Shown here: positions 57,101 through 64,000 of the stretch, one piece after another
Layout of the letters: every line of letters starts with the position of its first letter
Position numbering within the stretch: position 1 is the first letter of the stretch
From: Mobula hypostoma
Taxonomy: Eukaryota
NCBI RefSeq assembly: GCF_963921235.1
Contig: NC_086107.1
Location: 114,516,001 to 114,580,000, forward strand
Length of the DNA stretch: 64,000 nucleotides
Direction of reading: 5' to 3'
Program-made: the position numbers and the translations under genes
The notes under the pieces: model-generated
What the model was told of the DNA's origin: nothing
Database searches by the model: none
Seen by the model: only the letters and a program-made list of their open reading frames with translations

Positions 57101-60100
57101 ATATACTCTCTAGTACCAAACCTTGCATAGGACATTCACATACTAAGCTCAGCCAATTTTACCATTAACAGCTCTGCACACAGTTTTGCCTTCTACAAAA
57201 AAAAGATTAGGTATAAAAATATGTAAAATATAATACAGGACTCATTCGGTAGGTATGTAGAACTACACAGAGGTGCGTCTATTGTAAAGACACCTCACTG
57301 TACTTGTTACCTTTGATTCCACTCTTAACACACACCACTGCTATGGCAGAATCTTTACGTGTATACAAGACCTTGGTTTTTTTTTTGTTTTTGAGACTTG
57401 CATTAACCTTAAAAGCGGCTGAATTGTGGTGTCAACTTTTTTTGTGTACGGCATGCAACTCTCTTGGATTAACAAAAAATAAAAAGGATTTTGGTTATGT
57501 AAACTAGTGTGGAGGGGTGCAGAAGTGATACAGTTCATTTCACTTTGAAACCTGTGACACACAAAATTGCAAGATTTGTTAACATCAAAACAGCAGATAA
57601 ATAAATGTGTTTTATCTAAGTAGTAAATATATTTGCTTTCATATGCCCGTCATTCACACCCAGCCCTGATCTGCCAACCCAGAGATACACACCAGCAGTT
57701 AATGTGAGAACCCCTGCAGCAAACCTGGCTTCATGCCGAAGTCTTGGCGTGAGGCAGGTTACCGTCACACCAAACCAAGTAACTGGTGCATGTCTGACCC
57801 GGTGGAGAGATAGTCACAGAGCTTTCCTCGGCCCTTTGCCCACCCCCACAAAAATTACGGTACTCCACCCCCTTTATTTTAGAAAAGGAATCACACCACT
57901 TCTCGGTAGACTTAGGGACACCACGGCCTTCTCTTTGTCAACAGAATCGTTTGCAGACACAGATGAACATACAACAGGTTTAGCAGAGCTGGCCTGGGCC
58001 TCTCCTTCCCCTGGCGCCCCACCGAGCACACACTTTCAGCTGAGTGCACAGGAGGCTCCTGTCGGGAGACCCCAGCCGACGGCCAACGACAGAATGTTCG
58101 GTTTAAGACGATAGAACACAGGGTGGTACACCAGGGTAGGGAAAACAGCCCGGCCCGATCAGCTTTTGTCTCCCACCCACCACATGCAACTAGTTCGTAG
58201 CCTTGTCAGTGTACTTGGAGTTCAGAACCACCCTAAATATTCTCCCCCCACCCTGTTTATCTTCCCTCCCACTGAGTCTGTCACACCTTCCTCATCCCCC
58301 TCCCTAGCTGTGCTCCACCCATTCACCGCCCCTGGAATCAGTCTAGCTTTGTCCCCAAGCCCTAGTCATCATGACACTTCTCCCCTCACTCCTGGACACT
58401 GCTCTTCACCCTTCCCTGGGTCTGCTTCAGTTCACACCCCACCCTCAAACACCACCTTTCTGAACCTCCTGCCCCAAATACCCACCCCATTCCCGAAGGA
58501 CCACCCCTTTCACCTGTCCACAGTAACCCCAGACACACTTGCCTCCATCCCATCCCCTCCTAATCTGGCTCAACTTACACCCCACCGCCCCCCACCAACC
58601 GCACAACACCTCACCTCACTGTCGTGTACCATCCTCCCCAGCACCTCTCCCTTCACTTCCCATCCCTGGCTCATCCCCTCCTGCCCTGCCCAAACTCTAC
58701 TCTCTCCCTTCACTCTCGCTCCTCTGCTGGCCACAGTCCCCCTTCCCCTCTCCCTCTCCCATCCCCCCTCCCGCTCCCTCTTTTCCCCACCTCATCCTTT
58801 TCTCTCCTAATGCCGCATCCCTCCTAGACTGAAGCTGCTGAACCACTCCGAGACACCGGCCTTCCCGTGGAGGTGAAACAGGCTCCCCCTACCGCTCCCT
58901 CAAGCACGTCTCCCCACCCCCTCCCACATGAACGGATCAAGAGGCTGAACCTTACCTCATACCCCCACCTCGTCCTCCACGGCTCCCTCGCCCGCCTCCT
59001 CCACCGCCCCCTCGCTCGAAGCTGCCACCTCCTGCTCCTCCGCCTCCGCCTCCACCACCTCCGCCGCCACGGCTATACCCCCCTCGACCTCGGCCTCGGC
59101 CTTCCTGCTGCCCTCCTCCATATCCACCGGGGTCCTGGCTGCCGTAGCCTCCACCGGGGCTGGAGTCCTGGTTGTATCCACCTGCAGGGGAAAGGAGAGA
59201 CGGTCAAAAGGAAAGAGACGAACAGACAGACAGAAACGCTGAGGAAGGAGAGGGAGAGCGTGAGGGAAACAGGTCCGGGGGTGGGGGGGTGGAAACCAAG
59301 TTTTATAAGGCATTACTTACAGCGCACTGGAATACAGACAGGCTGTAGACTGGTCAGGGCATCAAAGGCACTAACACAGGGTTATGAGGGATAACAGAAT
59401 AGCAGGGAAGGCTCAGGGGGCAAAATGGTCTCAACCTGCTCCCATGTCTGATGCTTCTCATCAAGTACTCGTACAAGTCTTTAGTGCTCATAGTACCACT
59501 GGTCAGCACTGACATCCTGGGACAAAGGGCCTGCTTCTGAATCGTATGATCTGAGAGACCCCTCGCTTTTGACTCCTTTGCTGCTTTAAACATCCTTGTC
59601 CACCCCATGTCAGGACTTTCTATCTTTCAGTGAAATCACCTCTCATTTGTTCCTAGGAGGATCCAAAGGAGAGCTAACGAACTGCATCCACAGCAGGCAC
59701 GATGGAAGCCAGTTTTTCAGACAGGAGACCGGTGACTAGAGGCATTCCCTGAGGCTGGCCCTGGGACCTACATTCTCTGTCATTCACTAACGATCGAGAT
59801 GAGGGGCAGGGCGGTGAAGTGTGCACGTTATGTTGCAGCTGTAAAAGATGGCGGTGAGTCCACATATGGTACAGTAGTCCAGTTTTGTTCACCCAAGACA
59901 CCAGTACACTGTGGAACGTAGAACAGATTTACAACAGTGCTGCAGGGACTTGAGGGAATGAGTTATGGAGAGGGGCTAGGCAGGTTGGGACTATAATTCC
60001 TTGGTGAGTAAGAAACTAAGTGACTTTACAGAAATGTAGAAAACCATGAGGGGCGCAGATAGGTTGGGGAATCAAGAACAAGAGGACACAAGTTTAAGAA

Positions 60101-63100
60101 GAGAGGGAAAGATTTAATAGGGACCTGATGGAACGAGCTAGCAAAGGAAGTGGTTGAGGCAAGTATATTAACAACACCAACAGTACCTGCTACAAGTACG
60201 TGGACAGCGAAGGTTTAGAGGGATTTACAATGATTAAGGAAGATTATAGGGATATGGGCCAAAGACAGGCAAATGGGACGAGCTGCTACAGGGATCTTCA
60301 ATGCAAGCTTCCTTCGATGGGGCTCTACAACTAGATAGCAGAGAATATTTGCGCTGTAACTATCCCTCACTCCCCCCCCCCCACCCTCAGCGCTCTTGGC
60401 ACATGGTTAAAAAGGGAAGAATTAGATTGGTGCTAAGAGGAGGTTATGAGGTCAGCACAGTGTAGACTGAAGGACCTACACGATGCTGCACTGCTCCATG
60501 TTCTCCCTTCCCCAGCTCCTGCAAAGGGCCTCGTTCTCTGCGATGAGAGTGAAGCAGTGGGAGAAGCTGGGACCAGCGCGACCCGAGGGACTCGGCTCCC
60601 GGTGGTAGCGACCTGAACAGAACCAAATACTCACCCCCTCCTGAGCTGCCCCCACCGCTGCCACCGTACTGGCCCTGTTGACCGTAGCCTCCGCCTGCCT
60701 GGCCCTGGTAGCCCTGCTGTTGTCCGTAAGGGCCTTGCTGTTGTCCATAGGGTCCTTGCTGTTGTCCATAGGACCCCGGTTGTTGTCCATAGGGTCCCTG
60801 CTGTTGTCCATAGGACCCTGGCTGCTGACTGTAGCCCCCACCGCCCTGTGGGTGCCCATAACTGGTCGTCTGCGAGTTTGTTCCCCCGTAGCTGCTGAGG
60901 GAGTAACAATGCGCTCAGGTCAAAGGAGCTGGGTATGTACAGTTAATATCCCCTTCTGGACCCCTGGTGTTGAGACAAGCTGTCCTACCCCAGGCCCCAG
61001 ACACACCACCCACCTCCCCAACCCCGGAACTCTGTGGGAGCAGGCGTCGGGCAAGCCGCCCCCTCCCACCCTGTGGGACCAGGCGTCGGGCAAGCCGCCC
61101 CCTCCCACCCTGTGGGACCAGGTGCTGGACATCACCACCCTGGACTGGGTGCTATGTTGTGTTACCAGCCCAAAGACTCACCTGCTGGAGGAGGTGGCTG
61201 AAGGTGCCTGCTGACCATAGCCAGGGTAGGAAGACTGTTGCCCGTAGGAACTCTGTGGTGCCTGGGTATTGCCATAACCAGAGGAACTGTAGCCACCCTG
61301 GCCCGAGTGAGTGTAGCCTTGAGAGGTGGGCTGGGTCCCATACCCTACAACGAGAACACAGCATGTAGGCATATCATATTGTTTACAAACGCATAATATT
61401 ATTTCAATTCCCACCACTACAAGGAGATTCCATGTTCTCTCACATGGGATTCTTCCGGGTGCTCCAGCTTCCTCCCACATCCCAGAGACATATGGCCCGG
61501 GATAGGATTAGTAACTTTTGGGAATGCTATGTTGGCGCCGGAAACATGGCGACACATTTTCGGACTGTGTTGGTCGTGTCACAGACAACGCGTTTCACGG
61601 AAGGTTTTGATGTATGTGCGACAAATAAAACACTGCAGTCGTACAAAACTCCCGTTTGGTGTGCAGTCTGTCCGTCACATCTGCAGACATGACAGCAACG
61701 GGCAGTGCAGAGCAGCATTGCCTGGAATGGAGAGTGACCATAAAGAGAGATTCTACAGGTTGGGTTACTAACAGAAGGCCGTGCGGGGACTTTATGAAAT
61801 TTACAAAGGCACCATTAAGGTAAATGATCAGTACTTCTCCAGGTTAGGGGCGGCTCTTTCACACTCACTCAGTGGGCGTTTAATAATCCTTCATTATAGG
61901 ATGTGGAAGTTCAGAGTGTGTGCAGAGCTTTAGCAGAATGGGGCCTGGCCTAGAAAGCACATCTTGTGAGGAACGGAGGAGTGAGCAGATCCAATAAGCT
62001 GGAAGAAGTGCAGAGCAAGGATGTTGGTGGGACTTGAGGGAATGAGTTAGAGAGAGAGGTTGGGACTTCATCCCTTGGAGCGTAGAAAACTGAAGACTAC
62101 CTTTCAGGGGTGTGTAGGAGGACAGACAGTGAAAATGCAGTCTTTTATTGATTAGGAAAATCAAGACGTAGATGGCACAGGTTTAAGGTGAGATGAAAAA
62201 GATTCAATAGGGATAGGATGGGCAACTTTGTCCACCCAGAGGGTGGTCCATATATGAAACAAGCTGGCAGACGATGTGGTTGAAGCAGGTACAATTACAA
62301 TTAAGAGGCTTTTGGACAGATACATGGATAGGAAAGGTGTAGCAGGATATGGGCCAATGGGGGAGGGGGGCGAGGAGAGAAAAGGTTTAGCAGAGCGGCA
62401 CGGCAGACAAGATGGAGAGATGGTTTTAAAGGAGCAGAATCTGCACTGTACAACCCAATGCCAATGTAGGGCAGACAACCAGAATTAGGCTCATTATCGC
62501 CAAAGAGTGCAAAACGAAAGGTTTACAGTTTACAGAGAGTTCACCAATCTGCTGGGGGGAAGAGAAGATGCTGTCTTGCTGAAGAAAAATGAGAATACAT
62601 CACATCTGCATCTGTCACCCTTCTCCTGGGCTCTAGCTAAACCTGCTGAGTACCTTTGTCCCACTGTTTGCCGACAACAGCATATGAAGAGCTGGTAACA
62701 GAAGATGTAAACAACAGGAGCAAGAGTGGCCCGTCAAGTCTGCTCCGTTACTCAGTATGATCAGTGGCCACGGTCTCAGCATCTTCCTGCCTTTTCCCGA
62801 GAACTCTGCATTCCCCTGCCATTTGGGTCCACAGGAGAGTTACCAGGATACTGCCTGGATTAGACAGCATGTCTTATAAGGGTGAGTGAGCTATTGTGTT
62901 TCTCTTTGGAGGACAAAAGGCAACTTGATAGAGCTGTATAGGGTTATGAGGCATTGATAGAGTGGGCTGCCATCATCTCTTTTCAAGGGGAGCAATGGTC
63001 ACTACAGAGATAAGTGGAGGAAACTTTAGGAGAGATGTCAAAGTCACAAGTGTTTTATTTTAGAGTGTGCTGGATGCCTGGTGTGAGGTAGAGGCTTAAA

Positions 63101-63936
63101 CATTCAGAGACTCTTAAACCGGCATATCACTGAAGGAAAAGGGAGGGTTATGGGCGCTGAGGGAAGGGAGGATTAGGCTGATGGCAGAGTAGGTCTATAC
63201 AGGTTGGGAACAGACACAGAGAACATGCAGTGCAGGCAGACAATATGGTGGAAGGGCCACGTTGATGTAGATAGGGTAGAACCTGTCAGCCTGGTGGGAC
63301 ATGCTTTCACGATTTTGTATCTTCTGTTCGAGTGGAGGGGAGAGAAGGGAGCATATTGGGCTGTACTGTTCTACTTTCCCCATTACGTTTAATGCTGTGT
63401 AGGAGGGAAGGATAAAGGAAAAAAGATACGCAGACAGCCACTGCCTTTGTCCCAGGGTGAAACAGCTAGTACTAGAGGATATGATTTTAAGGTGACTGAA
63501 GAGATGTCAGGTGTTTTTTTTTTTAAACACAGAGTGGTGGGTGTATGGAACTATCTGCCAAGCATGGAGGTAGAGGCAGATACATATAGAGACATTTAAG
63601 AAACTCTTAGAAAGGCACATGGATGATAGAAAAATGGAAGAGTTAGATTCATCTCAGAGTAGGTTAAAAGGTCAGCATAACACCATGGGCCAAGGGGGTC
63701 TGCGCTGTGCCACTGTTTGTTGACACCCACAGAACTACCGTAAACCCATTACGAGGGTTTGCCAACGACACTTACCAGTCTGTGCCTGGCTGTAGGAGGA
63801 ACCGTAACCGCTGCCCTGACTGTAGCCAGACGTATCCGTTGGCTGGCTGTATCCACTGTAGCCCTGGTGGCTGTACCCCTGGGGAGGAGGCTGGCTGTAG
63901 CCACCTTGACCGGGTTGGGTGCTGTAACCCCCATAG
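48151..63936 (-). CDS. FUS: RNA-binding protein FUS (FET family), 5'-partial (exons 3-15)
   Basis: Exons 63936-63776, 61344-61182, 60894-60635, 59181-58956, 56842-56808, 54969-54934, 53795-53686, 52565-52436, 51362-51255, 51015-50898, 48772-48681, 48554-48410, 48190-48151. QGSY-rich prion-like domain, RGG boxes, RRM ([10 protein letters not shown]...[23 protein letters not shown]), RanBP2 zinc finger ([24 protein letters not shown]) and PY-NLS (RQDRRERPY*). Adjacency to KAT8/BCKDK favours FUS over TAF15. Confidence 0.94.
48410..48554 (-). CDS. FUS: FUS exon 14 (RGG3)
   Basis: [48 protein letters not shown]; 145 nt. Confidence 0.94.
48681..48772 (-). CDS. FUS: FUS exon 13
   Basis: [30 protein letters not shown]; 92 nt. 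Confidence 0.95.
49381..49860 (-). mobile_element. CR1-type LINE 3' fragment
   Basis: [23 protein letters not shown]...[17 protein letters not shown]; within a cluster of older CR1 debris (~48900-50830). Confidence 0.85.
50898..51015 (-). CDS. FUS: FUS exon 12
   Basis: [38 protein letters not shown]; 118 nt. Confidence 0.94.
51255..51362 (-). CDS. FUS: FUS exon 11
   Basis: [35 protein letters not shown]; 108 nt. Confidence 0.94.
52436..52565 (-). CDS. FUS: FUS exon 10
   Basis: [43 protein letters not shown]; 130 nt. Confidence 0.96.
52610..52872. repeat. Minisatellite, alternating 29/31 bp units (FUS intron 9)
   Basis: tgttctaaa(t/c)gccccacacccaaacccc(g/atc) x ~8. Confidence 0.94.
53686..53795 (-). 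CDS. FUS: FUS exon 9 (RRM start)
   Basis: [36 protein letters not shown]; 110 nt. Confidence 0.95.
54934..54969 (-). CDS. FUS: FUS exon 8
   Basis: [12 protein letters not shown]; 36 nt. Confidence 0.9.
56808..56842 (-). CDS. FUS: FUS exon 7 (35 nt)
   Basis: ctcag|C GGT GGT GAA CGA GGT GGA TTC AAT AAG TTT GGT G|gtaagt = [11 protein letters not shown]. Confidence 0.93.
58956..59181 (-). CDS. FUS: FUS exon 6
   Basis: [43 protein letters not shown]...GRGGGM; 226 nt. Confidence 0.93.
60635..60894 (-). CDS. FUS: FUS exon 5
   Basis: [38 protein letters not shown]...GGSSGG; 260 nt; CAGCAG tandem acceptor. Confidence 0.92.
61182..61344 (-). CDS. FUS: FUS exon 4
   Basis: [53 protein letters not shown]; 163 nt. 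Confidence 0.93.
61700..63700 (+). mobile_element. Multiple degraded CR1-type 3' fragments (FUS intron 3)
   Basis: Repeated relics of gcacaggtttaaggtgag, cacagagtggtgggtgtatggaa and ttggacagatacatggataggaaagg. Confidence 0.7.
63776..63936 (-). CDS. FUS: FUS exon 3
   Basis: [53 protein letters not shown]; 161 nt. Confidence 0.92.
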
Positions 63937-64000
63937 CTGGAGGGGAGAGCAGGAACAGGTTAACACAGGAACTGGAATATTATTGACCAATGTACAGTAA

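Noticed and set aside
48151..63936. Assignment as TAF15 or EWSR1
   Set aside because: Short RGG3 without TAF15-type GGYGGDR arrays, GPRDQGS and GGFNKFG exons, and linkage to KAT8/BCKDK all fit FUS

Overview
Vertebrate genomic DNA, most likely a cartilaginous fish (inferred from the CR1/Rex1/Penelope/tRNA-SINE repeat complement). I assembled three spliced genes by hand from GT-AG exons. (1) BCKDK on the minus strand: 10 coding exons from ATG 21037 to 226; the last exon lies off the left edge. (2) KAT8/MOF on the plus strand: complete, 11 exons, 22404-46185, 489 aa. (3) FUS on the minus strand: exons 3-15, 63936-48151; exons 1-2 lie off the right edge. BCKDK and KAT8 diverge from a ~1.4 kb CCAAT/GC-box-rich promoter, and KAT8 and FUS converge tail-to-tail. 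Introns contain many LINE fragments, SINEs and GC-rich minisatellites. Main observations: a 268-codon altFUS-like overlapping frame across FUS exons 3-6; a candidate poison exon in the repeat-free FUS intron 7; a minisatellite made of ~20 copies of a BCKDK 5' splice site; a ~2 kb inverted pair of young CR1 LINEs in KAT8 intron 7; and a Penelope-like inverted relic with a decayed hammerhead core. No CRISPR array, rRNA or genuine tRNA gene is supported. All comparisons with human genes are from memory, not from a database search.
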